NCBI GenBank assembly: GCA_963665115.1
Contig: OY762007.1
Span: 1,184,001-1,248,000 of the forward strand
Length of the DNA stretch: 64,000 nt
Reading direction: 5' to 3'
Source: an uncultured Rivularia sp.
Lineage (GTDB): Bacteria > Cyanobacteriota > Cyanobacteriia > Cyanobacteriales > Nostocaceae
Part shown: positions 30,944-42,467 of the stretch, piece by piece
Position numbering within the stretch: position 1 is the stretch's first letter
Layout of the letters: every line of letters starts with the position of its first letter
Position numbers and translations under genes: made by a program
The notes under the pieces: generated by a model
Database searches by the model: none
Told to the model about the DNA's origin: nothing
What the model saw: only the letters and a program-made list of their open reading frames with translations

Positions 30944-33164
30944 CCCACATTCCGCACCCTAAGTTTCAGAGGTAGGCGAAAACAGATTATTTAGTACTTT
31001 GATACTACTAGTTACAAGTTTTAAAAAGGAACTATTAATAATAAATTGCATTAGTGTTGATACATAGTTACTAAAAAGATTTTGAGGATAAATGCTTTCT
31101 TGAAGTTACATGAAAGAGTAAAAATAATTTATAACGAACAAAAAATGTCAAAATGAAAGCAGAAATCTCCCCCCGCCAGTTCTGTCTGCCATGTTTGATA
31201 TTAAAGACGTTGAAATAAAGAACATAGACCATTTGGGTATAGTAGCAGGGATAATAGATTCGATTGGGTTAGTAGAAATAATTAACGAGTCCATCGGTGT
31301 AAATGAAAACGAAAAAGTTAATGCTGGACAAGTTGTAAAAGCAATGATTTTAAATGGCTTAGGATTTGTTTCTAAGCCTTTATATATGTTTCCCAAATAC
31401 TTTGAGTCAATCCCTTGCGAGCATTTAATAGGTTCTGGAGTAAAAGCAGAATACTTAAATGACGATAAACTCGGTAGAGTAATGGATAAATTATTTATTA
31501 AAGGGCTTGATTCAATATTTTTGTCAATTACTTTAAATGTCATTAAAAAATTCAAAATATCTTTATCGACATCACATTTAGACTCATCATCTATGCACTT
31601 ACATGGAGAACATAATTCAAGCTTACCTGAAGTAGTATTTGATTCTCAAAAGGTAGAAAATAACGATCTGGAAGAAGAACTAAAAACTAAATCATTACAA
31701 CCAATAAATATTACATACGGATACTCTCGCGACCATAGACCAGATTTGAAGCAATTTTTAATAGAACTAATATGTAGTGATGATGGAGATATACCAATAT
31801 TCTTGAAATCAGCATCTGGTAATATTGTTGATTCTTCATGTTTTGGTCAAATTTTAGTTGATTATAAAAAACAACTACAAGTTGATAGTTTAATGGTTGC
31901 TGATTGTGCGCTATATACAGAACAAAATATCAAATTAATGTCAGAGATGAAGTGGCTATGTCGAGTACCTTTGAGTATTAAAGAAGCAAAGTTATTAACA
32001 TCAACGTTACCCTTGGCAGAATTTATTAAAAGTAAGTTATCGGGATATTCATATGTTGCGAAAAAAATTACTTATGCAGGTATAGAGCAACGATGGTTAG
32101 TTGTACAGAGCCAAGAAAGAAGGAAATCTGACTTACAGAAATTATCACAGAAACTGTATAAGAATGAAGAAAAAATTAAAAGTGAGTTAAAAAAGTTATC
32201 GAAAGAAAAATTCGCTTGTGAGGCTGATGCAATTAAAGAATTATCGAAATTATCTAAAAAGTTCAAATATCATCAAATAAATAAAATTTCTGTAATTGAA
32301 CATACACAAAATTCGGGAAAACAAGAAAAGTTTTATCAAGTATCAGCAACAATTATAGAGGATAAAGATAAAATTAATCCCTCAATCTTGAGCGCAGGAA
32401 GATTTATAATTGCGACGAATATCTTAGAAGAAGCTGAACTTGATAATACTTCTATGATTTACAAGTATAAAGCACAGCAATCTTGTGAGCGTGGATTTAG
32501 CTTTCTTAAAGACCCACTATTTTTTGCTGATAGTATTTACTTAAAAACACCTGAAAGAATTGAAGCATTGGCAATGATAATGGGTTTATGCTTACTAGTT
32601 TATAAGCTTGCACAAAGGCAATTAAGGCTTGCTTTGTATGAGTCGCATTTAAAAATCAAAAATCAGTTAGGTAAACCCACAGATTCTCCAACATTAAAAT
32701 GGATATTTCAATGTTTTCAATCAATTCATGTTGTTGAATTTAATAATCAAAAGCAAGTTTCTAATTGGAACGAAGAAAGAGATTTTATTCTGAAATTATT
32801 ACCTAACCATTGTCTATCTTATTATAGTTTTATTACATAAAAATAAAATAATTTTTACAATTTTATAGCCATACAAGTTATTTCCATGTTTTGTTGATAG
32901 CTTATTGATAGTCATGTCTCATTTTATCTTTGAAATCCAGATATATAAGTTATTACCTTGCCAAATACAATTTAATATAGATTTTTATCTATCAGACTCA
33001 AAGATAGATGTTTTTCATCACTATTGTTTGTTATTGAGAATTACTATGATGCCTTTTTCTCAAGATATTCGTGCTATTAAACGACGACAAGTGATTTTTT
33101 ATTCTTTATAGATAGATTTATCTCAGTAATTACCGATTACGACAACTTGGGTGCGGAATGTGGG
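30944..33164 (+). mobile_element. IS1634-family insertion sequence, intact
   Basis: 16-bp perfect TIR CCCACATTCCGCACCC; 6-bp target duplication CTATAA (30938-30943 and 33165-33170). Confidence 0.9.
31191..32840 (+). CDS. IS1634-family DDE transposase
   Basis: DHLGIVAG, LNDDKLGR, HLDSSS, GYSRDHRPDLKQ, VADCALY, YKAQQSCERGFSFLK motifs. Confidence 0.92.
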   Translation: MFDIKDVEIKNIDHLGIVAGIIDSIGLVEIINESIGVNENEKVNAGQVVKAMILNGLGFVSKPLYMFPKYFESIPCEHLIGSGVKAEYLNDDKLGRVMDKLFIKGLDSIFLSITLNVIKKFKISLSTSHLDSSSMHLHGEHNSSLPEVVFDSQKVENNDLEEELKTKSLQPINITYGYSRDHRPDLKQFLIELICSDDGDIPIFLKSASGNIVDSSCFGQILVDYKKQLQVDSLMVADCALYTEQNIKLMSEMKWLCRVPLSIKEAKLLTSTLPLAEFIKSKLSGYSYVAKKITYAGIEQRWLVVQSQERRKSDLQKLSQKLYKNEEKIKSELKKLSKEKFACEADAIKELSKLSKKFKYHQINKISVIEHTQNSGKQEKFYQVSATIIEDKDKINPSILSAGRFIIATNILEEAELDNTSMIYKYKAQQSCERGFSFLKDPLFFADSIYLKTPERIEALAMIMGLCLLVYKLAQRQLRLALYESHLKIKNQLGKPTDSPTLKWIFQCFQSIHVVEFNNQKQVSNWNEERDFILKLLPNHCLSYYSFIT

Positions 33165-33248
33165 CTATAAGATAGTATGAATTACCAATTACCAATTACC
33201 AATTACCAATTATTAATTAAATATTTGGTGCTAAAGCGCAACTACGAA

Positions 33249-34348
33249 TTAGAATGGCTGATATCTAATTGAAAAGTTAAACCCATTTTCGGATAAAGAA
33301 TTACCATTTTCTCCTCTGCCTACTAATGGAATACCGTAGTCTGCACGCAATCCTAAACCTCTCAAAGGTTGCCATTGCAAGCCTAATCCTAAACTAGCAA
33401 GTGTTTGTGGATCTGGGTTGTCGCTGCGATTGTTCCAACCCGTACCAATATCAAAAAATGGGATTAATTGTAAGGTTTCTACTTCCGATAACAAGGGAAT
33501 TCTCGCTTCTATTCCTCCAACTATGCCGCTGTCGGTAACGATTTGATTTTGACGATAACCGCGTACTGTATCTACTCCGCCGATGCTGATTTTTTCTGCG
33601 GAAAGTAAGGAATCACCTGTAAGTTGAGTGTTAACTTTGGCGAGCATTATAATACGCGGAGATAATCTTTGCACCCATTGGAATTGCCCCACCCAAGCGA
33701 AAAAAAGTCCATCTGTTCCGCTGTCATTGACTGTGGCATCGAAGGCATCGATACCGACACTGAATTGCGATCGCGCTGCTAAAACGCTTTTGGTGTTACG
33801 TCTCAACCAATCTTGGGAAAAGCGAATGACGCTGAGTTTTGATTGTAATTCCTTCGAGTTTCGCCTTCTACAACTTGGATGGTTACAATACCGTCGGCAA
33901 CATTTTGATTGTTGGGAATAAATGCACCGCTGCTGATATAGCCATTTTCAGCGTAGAGTTGGGTGATTTGAGAGCGTAATTGTAATAACTGTTCAAATGC
34001 GATTTTTTTGTTTTCTAAAGGTTGTTTTAACTGGTTAATTTCAGCTTCTAAAATAGAGTTTCCTTTGATTTGAATTTCTTTGACAAAGAAAGTTGTACCG
34101 CTAGGAAAGGTTGTCTCTGGTAAATTTTCCTGTGGTGGTGATGGCAGTATGGGGACAGTTTCCGTAGGTGGTGTAGCTGGTGAAGTTGGTGATGGTTGGG
34201 GAATGGTTTCTTCAACTTTACCGGGTGTACCTAGGGGAATTGTCACTCCCGGTGGAGGTGTCGATTGGGCAAATACGGTTAATGGAGCGATGTTGATGCA
34301 GGAAAGGAATATGATAAAAAAGTTTTGAAATCGTAAGTAAGAATTCAT
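33249..34348 (-). pseudogene. ShlB/FhaC/HecB (TpsB) secretion protein with an internal deletion and frameshift
   Basis: N-terminal POTRA (GYISSGAF..Q...GIVTIQVVEG) joined out of frame to barrel C-terminus (IRFSQDW, IGGVDTVRGYRQ, FSIRYQPF); only ~360 codons in total. Confidence 0.8.
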
Positions 34349-34628
34349 TTTGTATGTATGATATGTATGAAAACTATGTCAAAAAATATGATTTTAGATA
34401 TTATTACTCAATGAAAATATCATAATTAGTTTTTTTGGTGATTGCCGAAAACTGCAAAGTTTAACAGAAATGCTGTTGTAGGTGTTTATTTCTGCTAAAT
34501 TTAAATTAAATTTTAAATTATCTATCAAACGCACATCTAATGTATTTTAAATTACTTTTATTCTTTGTCGGGTGTATTACTGCACTAATATGTTGAATAT
34601 TCAATTAGCAATTAACTAAGGCAACATT

Positions 34629-34753
34629 AGTACCAGATTAATTTTAAAGGGTTCGTAGTAGCGCTTCAGCGCCTCCGAATCCTGATTTATGAGGCGCTAA
34701 AGCGCTACTACAAACCTTGATTACCCCGCAAAACTAATGTGGTGGAGTACTAG
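34629..34753. repeat. REPIN-like inverted GTAG pair inside a dispersed element
   Basis: GTAGTAGCGCTTCAGCGCCTC...GAGGCGCTAAAGCGCTACTAC; end matches the ACTACTCCACCACAT family. Confidence 0.65.
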
Positions 34754-34776
34754 ATGGATGAATTAAAGACTTTTCT

Positions 34777-37468
34777 ATGAAAACCAAAAATAAGCATTTC
34801 AAATTTTTACAAATTCTATTCTTCGCAACTTTGATAATTTGTATATCTTTTGGACAGGTTGTTACGGCGCAAAATCCTAATATCAATTTATTAGTTGAGA
34901 GGGGAATTAAAGATTACAATACAGGCAATTTTCTTAGTGCAGTTGAAAACTGGCAACAAGCATTAACTGAGTATAAAAATCAAAAGAATCCTTCTGCAAC
35001 GGCTGTCATAAATGAAAATTTAGGACGTGCTTATCAAAAATTAGGAGAAAATCAAGCTGCAATTACATCGCTTTCGGCGGCAATTCGCGACTATCAAGCG
35101 GTTAAAAATGTGCCGCAAGTGGGAAGAATGCGGACGGAATTAGCTCAAGTTTATAGTAATTTGGGACAACCTCAAAAAGCGATCGCTCTATTGTGTGGCA
35201 AAGGGGGGGAAGGCATTGAGCTTGAATGCATTCGGGAAAGTGCCGTACAAATTGCCAGTAAATATAATGACAAAGACGGTAAAGTTGCAGCTTTTGGGGT
35301 TTTGGGTGAAGTATATCGGTTAATCGGAAATTACGATCGAGCAATCGCTTATTTACAAGCAGCCCAAAAGGAAATTCCAGATAACTTTTTAGTTTTAAAT
35401 AGCCTGGGTAATGCTCACATAAATCGCGCTCAATTACGAGAATTGCAGGCAAAATCGGCTGCTAAAATTGGACTTGATGACAAAGAAACCGAATTTAATC
35501 GAAAGTCATCGGCAGATTTTAATCAAGCTAGCGAATATTTTCAGAGTAGTATCAAATTTGCTCGCGATGCAAAACAAAGTTTAGCAGAGATGCGCGGATT
35601 TTTGAATTTAATTAAGTTGGCTTCTCATACAGATAAAACGAAAATTATCGATGATGCGGCGTTTAATAATGCTGTTGGAAATGCTTTAAAGCTGCTCGAA
35701 AATTTACCAGATTCAGAAACAAAGGTTTATGGAGCTATCGATTTAGCATATTTACAACGGAATTCTCCTTTCAATTCACCCTTTACCAATTGTCCCAACT
35801 CAATTAGTTTTACCAGAAAAAGCATTAAGTTTGCTGCAAAAATCTGTTTTAACTAGCAATAATTTAAAAGATAATCGCTTGCAATCCTATGCTAACGGTG
35901 CTTTAGGACATTTTTGGGAATGCCGTCAAAATAGCCAGAAAGCGTTAACGTATACCCAAAATGCAATTGTGGCAGCAGATAGCAAGTTGAGTGCAAAAGA
36001 TAGTTTGTATTTGTGGGAGTGGCAAGCCGGAAGAATTTTAGACGAGCAAAAGCAGAAGAAACAAGCGATAGAATCCTATCAAAGAGCATTTGAAACTTTA
36101 GAAGATATCCGCCAAGATATTTTGACAGCGAAACGAGATGTACAGTTTGACTTCCGCGATGTTGTCCGACCATTGTATCGCACCTTAGCAAAATCACGAT
36201 TGGAATTATTGCAAGCTGGAGCAATTGCAAACAAGCAACGTGACGAAGAATTATCGAAAGTTGTAAAAACCATCGATGCTTTGAAACTGGCAGAATTGCA
36301 AAATTATTTTGGTAACGACTGCGTTTTAAGCGGGTTGAATCCTAAACAGGTGGACGAACTTTTGCAAGATAAAGATAATAGTGCGAAGTTTAAAAATACG
36401 GTGTTTTTAAGTTCAATAATTTTGGATGGCAAAACCGGAATACTATTACAATCAGCCGATAAAGCAACCAAGTTTAAGTGGATTGAAGATTCCCAACAAC
36501 AAGGTACAGATAAAATAGTTAGCAGCAAAAAGTTAGAAATAAAAATTGCCGAATTTCGCCAAGGGTTAGTTAACGGAAGAGTTGCACTTAACTACGATAC
36601 AACAACCGCAGCACAACTTTATGATTGGATAATTCGTCCCTTTGCTGAAGACATCAAAGCAGAGGAAGTTAAAACTTTGGTGTTTATCCAAGATGGATTT
36701 TTACGTAGCGTGCCAATGGCAGCACTTTACGACAGTCAGCAACAAAAATATTTAGTTGAAACCTACGCAATTGCCACAACTCCCAGCTTACGATTGACAG
36801 TTACTAAACCAAACCGCAGCAAACACAAAGCATTAATTTTAGGTTTAACAGAAAAATCGACAATCGACGGAAAGATTTTTCCCGAGCTTGCTTCAGTTGA
36901 AAATGAAATTAGCGCAGTTAAAAAACAACTTCCCAATCATACCGAATTAATCAACGAGAATTTTCTCCCCGAAAACTTCCAGCAAAAACTTCAGCAAACA
37001 ACATATCCCATCGTACACATTGCCAGTCACGCTCAATTCGGAATTATTCCCGAAGACACCTTCATAGTCACGGGTAAAAACAAAAAACTCACCATCAGTC
37101 AATTAGAAAACTCATTGCAAAACCTTAAAAATCGATCGGATAGCGTTGATTTGCTCGCACTTACAGCTTGTCAAACCGCCCTTGGTGACGAGCGAGCCAC
37201 CTTGGGATTAGCTGGAGTAGCATTACAAGTCGGAGTTAAAAGTGCAGTTGCATCGTTATGGAATATCCAAGATATATCAACATCCAAACTGGTAGAAGAA
37301 TTTTACAAAAACTACCGCGAAGGGGGAATGAGTATTGCTCAAGCATTGCAAAAAGCCCAAAGAAAAATGATTAACGCCAAAAAATTACCACCATCAGAAG
37401 ACATTGAAATCAATTATGATAATCCCGCACATTGGGCACCGATGATTGTGATTGGTAATTGGTTGTAA
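34777..37468 (+). CDS. Secreted/membrane TPR-CHAT protease (~896 aa), +1 frameshift at 35794-35796
   Basis: Signal peptide, TPR helices, WEWQAGR, LAELQNYFG, IVHIASHA (His), LTACQTA (Cys), PAHWAPMIVIGNWL. Confidence 0.85.
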
Positions 37469-37576
37469 TTGTAGGTTGGGGGCAACAAAAATCGGTTTTA
37501 ATTCAATATTAAACTTTGCCTCGTAACCCAACATCTCGATTATCGGAATTTTATTTATTAATGTTGGGTTAAATTT

Positions 37577-37747
37577 ACATCTTGCACCATTCTCAACAAC
37601 CGCCTTGGAATAAATTCCCAGGCTCATAAGCAAAGTCGTCTGAAGACGACTAGATAAGACTTTTAGCGCGTTTTAACTTTGTATATTAACCTTGAAATTC
37701 CCAACCGAGGCGGGTATTTGGGCTAATCGCGAATGGTGCAAGATATC
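37577..37747. mobile_element. MITE (same family as 4168-4417)
   Basis: ACATCTTGCACC / GGTGCAAGATATC terminal inverted repeats. Confidence 0.7.
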
Positions 37748-37767
37748 ATGCTATTAATTACAATTAT

Positions 37768-38496
37768 CTACAAACTATCCCGCGAAATCTTCTCAAGATA
37801 TTCAACTCGTTGTTTAATAATTATGTTACTACTTTCACTTTCTGTCGGCATTTCTGACTCTGCTAATTCTTGCACTAAAACTGACCCAATTTTACCCAAA
37901 TTACCATTTTCTTCTATTTTTAATGCTTCTTCAAGTGCTTCATACCACAATTCATTTTCAGCATAATAATTAACGCTTTCAGGAATGGTAGTAAATTTAT
38001 TTTTCGCCAGCGATTGAGGATTAATAACTGTAAATTCTGCACGCTTGACAATAGGATAGCTTCCGCAGTTAAGTGAAATTTGCCATAAGTATGTTTTACC
38101 CACCGAAAGCTCGGCGTAATCGGTAGGAAGTTTTAATTTATTGATTCCTACTACCGATGGTATTTCTTTAAATTCACCGATTTGTTTAACTTGCGTGGCT
38201 GATTCAAATTCAAAAAGTCGAAATTGCACATTTTTAGTACTCGATGAATACCAAGCCAACATTGGACGTAATGAAGCAGTTTTTCCGATAAATGGTTTAG
38301 GTGCAAGCAGCGTCAAAGGAATACTACCATTACTACCACATCCACGGGAGCCACCACCACGAGAATATCCACTCGCAGGTTTGCGATTCTTCGGCTTATA
38401 TTTAGCGTAGGCTGGAACTGCGGTAATCAAGAAAAGCATTCCAATAATTAAGCTGGCAATGCGACGATTCCGCCAAAACGTTGATTGATTGTTCAC
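37768..38496 (-). CDS. DUF928 domain protein
   Basis: Signal peptide, GGSRGC, LTLLAP, YLWQISL, YAENELWYEAL. Confidence 0.85.
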   Translation of the reverse strand: MNNQSTFWRNRRIASLIIGMLFLITAVPAYAKYKPKNRKPASGYSRGGGSRGCGSNGSIPLTLLAPKPFIGKTASLRPMLAWYSSSTKNVQFRLFEFESATQVKQIGEFKEIPSVVGINKLKLPTDYAELSVGKTYLWQISLNCGSYPIVKRAEFTVINPQSLAKNKFTTIPESVNYYAENELWYEALEEALKIEENGNLGKIGSVLVQELAESEMPTESESSNIIIKQRVEYLEKISRDSL

Positions 38497-38608
38497 AATA
38501 ATTACTGTTTACTATATAGCTTTCAAGAAATAGACAAGAAAAATATAGTACAGGTTACAAAAATTTATAAATCTTTAAGAATAGTTTTAATATTTAGGAT
38601 ATCTTAAA

Positions 38609-40481
38609 TTATTTTATCGGTGTCCAACTAAGTTCGCATATTGTGCCTTTCGGGGAAATAGATTCTCGTTTAAACTCTCCTCCTAACTGTTTGGCAAGAA
38701 TTTTACAGTTTTTTGTACCTTTATTTTCCTGCGTAGATTTAATTCCAGTTTCCGTTATCTTTCACCCACAATTTATATTTATGCGGAGAATATTCACCCG
38801 ATGCTTGAACCCGCTTTACCCCTTCGGCGTGTTTGCCAACGTTACACAATGCCTCTTCCAAAAACAAACAGATGCTGCGTTTTTTTTCTCTGTTTAAATA
38901 TTTATCATCAATTGGATCGAAGTTGCGAATTTTAACTCTTAATGTTTGAAAATATTCAAAATCGTTACGTTCCAAAGTACTTGAATAAACTTCGTATAAT
39001 AAATCGTGAAGCGGGCGATTCAAATCTAAAATTAATCCACTTCCCAAACGTAAAACTTCTTCATTTGCTAATGCTTCTAGCTGAAGAAAATCGCCGATGG
39101 CTCTAATTTCTTTGTCAAGCTTTTCAAATTGCTCGACTAGTTTGTCTTGAGGAATATCTTGAGCGCGGATATGCTTTAATCCATAAGCAAGGGTTTGCAA
39201 AGGACCATTATGAATTACAGTGAAAGTATATTTAATCGTGCTGAGACGTTCGTTAATTTGCGAACGCAAAAATTTATCGTGCTGGTAAAATGCAAAAGCA
39301 CTCAAGCTAACTCCATTTAATATCAGTAAATTTGGTACTATGGGAATCCATATACCCCACCACCACAGCATTAGATAACCGAAGCTAAACAAACCAATTC
39401 CTGCTACAGCAACACTAAGTAAATTTGTCCAGACAGATTGGGTAAGTCTTCCCAGGAGAATCGGCACAAAACCCCACATAACAATCCATATGTACTCGCT
39501 TGCATCTCCCCAACTACTTAACATTGGGCGACTATCGATGACAGCACTGAGAATTTCGCTAACGGCATGAGCGTGATAGTCAACTCCATAAATTTGACCT
39601 TTTATTCCTGATATTGGCAAAGCAAATGTATAAAAAATATCGCCAGCGCTCATATTCCGATTGCCTATTAAGATAATGCGATCGCGCAACAATTTCGCAT
39701 CGACTTTATTATTCAAAACATCCCGCAGCGACACAACATGAAAAGGTTTGCGACTGTTGCGAAAGTTGATTAAAGTTGACAATCCACCGTCATCAATATC
39801 AATATATCCGCCAAAATTTTTAGTAATTTGCGGTAATTCCTTTCCACGAATCATGATAGCGTTAGGATCTTTTATTCCGGTTTCCAAATCAGTTCCTTCC
39901 GCACCAAAATACTGAATAACTAATTGCAACCCCAAAGAGAATTTATCTGACTCGATATTTTTCGGGTTAGATGTATACAACAAATAGCGGCGATTTTTAC
40001 TATCCCCATCAATACGTAAATCGGCAAATCCAATTTGTTCGGGTGATAAACTTTTATGCGGAGGAATTTCTCCTGGTGGTAAAATTTTTTCAATACCAAT
40101 AATGTTAGTATTTTTCTTTAATACCCGCGCTAGTTGTTCGCTACCGGGTTCAACCGGAACATTTTTGAACAAATCCAAACCAATTGCTCGCGGTTGATAA
40201 GTTTCCAGCTTGTTGAGTAACTCTGCAATCTTGCCATCGGGAATCGGATATTTACCAACAAATTCAATATCCTGTTCGTCAATTCCCACAATTATTACAC
40301 GCTCATCAACCTTTTCTACCGGACGTAAACGCAACATTGTATCCAAGAGCATCCATTCCAAAGGCTGCATTCCTCCGGTTATGCGGATTAACATCACCAC
40401 AATCAGCACCATCATTCCTGGAGGTGCAGCCCGCAACCATAACTCTAATTCTTTACTAATGCGACTCCAAATTCTCCTCAT
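38609..40481 (-). CDS. CHASE2 sensor histidine kinase (~623 aa), +1 frameshift at 38749-38751
   Basis: CHASE2 + 3 TM, IHNGPLQ His-box, EEALCNVGKHA. The corrected frame restores VKDNGTG...GT...LGG HATPase motifs. Confidence 0.82.
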
Positions 40482-40501
40482 CTTGCCGATTAATCCCCGT
40501 A

Positions 40502-41230
40502 TTAATCAATTAAACCTTCTTCGCGGGCACGAATTTCGGTTTGGATTCGCAGATTCTTACCACTTTGCTTGCAGTCTTCAGGGTATACCTCTAAAACATC
40601 CTGAATCTTTGTCCAGTAAGTCCGTACTGCCCGTTCCGATTTATACATTCTTTTGGCAATTTCCTTATCAGTCAAACCTTCTTCAAAAGCGAATCGTAAA
40701 ACATCCACCCATTCCGGTTTTAATTCGATTCCCGTTTTAATATCTTTTGTATGAGTCGCACCGCCAAGCGTCAAATTAACTCGCATTAACATTTCATCTT
40801 CAGGTAATCCTTTGTCTGCGATGGCAAATCCACCTTGATGATTATCAATCTCGTGCTTAATGCGGATTAACGCTTTGACATAACTGGTTTGCACAATAAA
40901 ATTTTGATGGGGATATTCTGCAAGCAAAGTTTGTAAAAGTTGAATTCCCGTTTCAATTTCTGCTCTCTCGCCCAAAGTATTAGGAATCGACAAATCCATT
41001 ACAACTAAATCTAAATAAGAAGATTGAATTAAAGATAATGTCTCCTGTTTTGTTTGAGCCTTAACAATATCCGCTTCCGGATACTTTCGACGTAACACAT
41101 CCAGAGTACCAGTTAAAATTAATTGATGGTCGTCCACAACAAGAATGCCTAGTTTTTTTTCCACTGGCAAGCTCCCATAAACTTGGTGTTCTTTGAAATT
41201 ATAAATTACCATAACTTTATTCTCATTCAT
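40502..41230 (-). CDS. NarL/LuxR-type response regulator
   Basis: VVDDH, VMDL receiver; GLTDKEIAKRMYKSERAVR HTH. Confidence 0.88.
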   Translation of the reverse strand: MNENKVMVIYNFKEHQVYGSLPVEKKLGILVVDDHQLILTGTLDVLRRKYPEADIVKAQTKQETLSLIQSSYLDLVVMDLSIPNTLGERAEIETGIQLLQTLLAEYPHQNFIVQTSYVKALIRIKHEIDNHQGGFAIADKGLPEDEMLMRVNLTLGGATHTKDIKTGIELKPEWVDVLRFAFEEGLTDKEIAKRMYKSERAVRTYWTKIQDVLEVYPEDCKQSGKNLRIQTEIRAREEGLID

Positions 41231-41508
41231 TAAAAATAAAAACGATGTTTAACTTTTAGCAATCAGCGCTCTCAATACCTATTACATAACAATCTGGTTC
41301 TTCAGTTCTAAGTATGCTGAAAATTACACAAAAATTATTATTACCCTTGCCATTTAAGGGTTAATGCATTTTTAAAACAACATTATATAATATTAACTTC
41401 TTTTTCTTCCGTTCCCTTTTTTCAAATGTTTAATTAGCATAGTAAGTACGATTGAACTAATAATTTTATGCTCTACTATTAACCTTTTTTCACTATTCCC
41501 CCTTGTAA

Positions 41509-41645
41509 TAAGCTGATGTGCAGCTAAATTGAATAATTCGTTAGCGTTCACGCTCCGCGTGCGGCTCAGCGTGTCCGTAGGACATAAATAGTAGTGCGAG
41601 CATCTTGCTCGCTAGTACTATACAAATCAAATGCATAGCAGCTTA
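41509..41645. mobile_element. MITE (TAAGCTG/CAGCTTA ends) with nested short dispersed repeat
   Basis: Inverted homologue of 1271-1368. The insert resembles 4095-4138. Confidence 0.65.
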
Positions 41646-41941
41646 CTATTTTAATTAACGTGAAATTATGCGGCTATAGCCATAATTTTTTGTACTTTCA
41701 TTTTAATTGCAAGTTTAGATTAAGCCTATGCATAAAAGTGCAAACAGTAGCATCTTCCCTTTTAGATCCTTACCGCCAGGGCAGTTGGATAAGTCCCCAT
41801 CGAACAAATAATTCGGGCGGATGACGACTAACGCCACATCCGCCCGAATTATAAATTACAAATTGTACGTAGCGCTTGACTGTTCCTTAACTATCTAAGA
41901 CAAAATAATTCCGAGTTTAGCCTCCAACTGTAACGATCAAT

Positions 41942-42091
41942 TTATTGAGGTAAAGGATGGAAAAAAGTCCCGTATTGCAATCCAGGGAAAATGTAATTCA
42001 ATCCAACGAAAATTACAAACAGAATAATTACTGCTAAAGTCGCAACAACGGGAACGCTGGAAAGATATTTAAACAAATAACGTGATTCCAC
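41942..42091 (-). CDS. psaJ2: Photosystem I subunit IX, far-red paralog (not in the ORF track)
   Basis: AAGGAG RBS + GTG; MESRYLFKYLSSVPVVATLAVIILFVIFVGLNYIFPGLQYGTFFHPLPQ; downstream of psaF. Confidence 0.85.
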   Translation of the reverse strand: MESRYLFKYLSSVPVVATLAVIILFVIFVGLNYIFPGLQYGTFFHPLPQ

Positions 42092-42467
42092 GATCAAATT
42101 CTCCTTGTTAAATGATTGGTTTATTTACACCGTACTGTACTAGCGAATAGAAATCGGAATTTCATCATCTTTAGCAACTAATTCCCCACTTAATAATTCT
42201 TTGACAGCTAAAAGTGGCCACATTAAAGCCTTGAGCATACAACTGACGAAAAGTGCTACATCAATAAACAATTCCTTTTCTTCTCCTGCACCTTCTTTTC
42301 TAATTGCTATTAGATAAGAACGTCCGCTCCAACCTATCCAACCTGCAATATATAAGAACATCGTAATCGGAGCCATTACATCAAATGCAAGGTTCAAACG
42401 ATCGAGAACTAAATGTGGTAAACCATCCTCACCACAAAGTAACTGAGAATAAGCCTGAAATGGCTTA

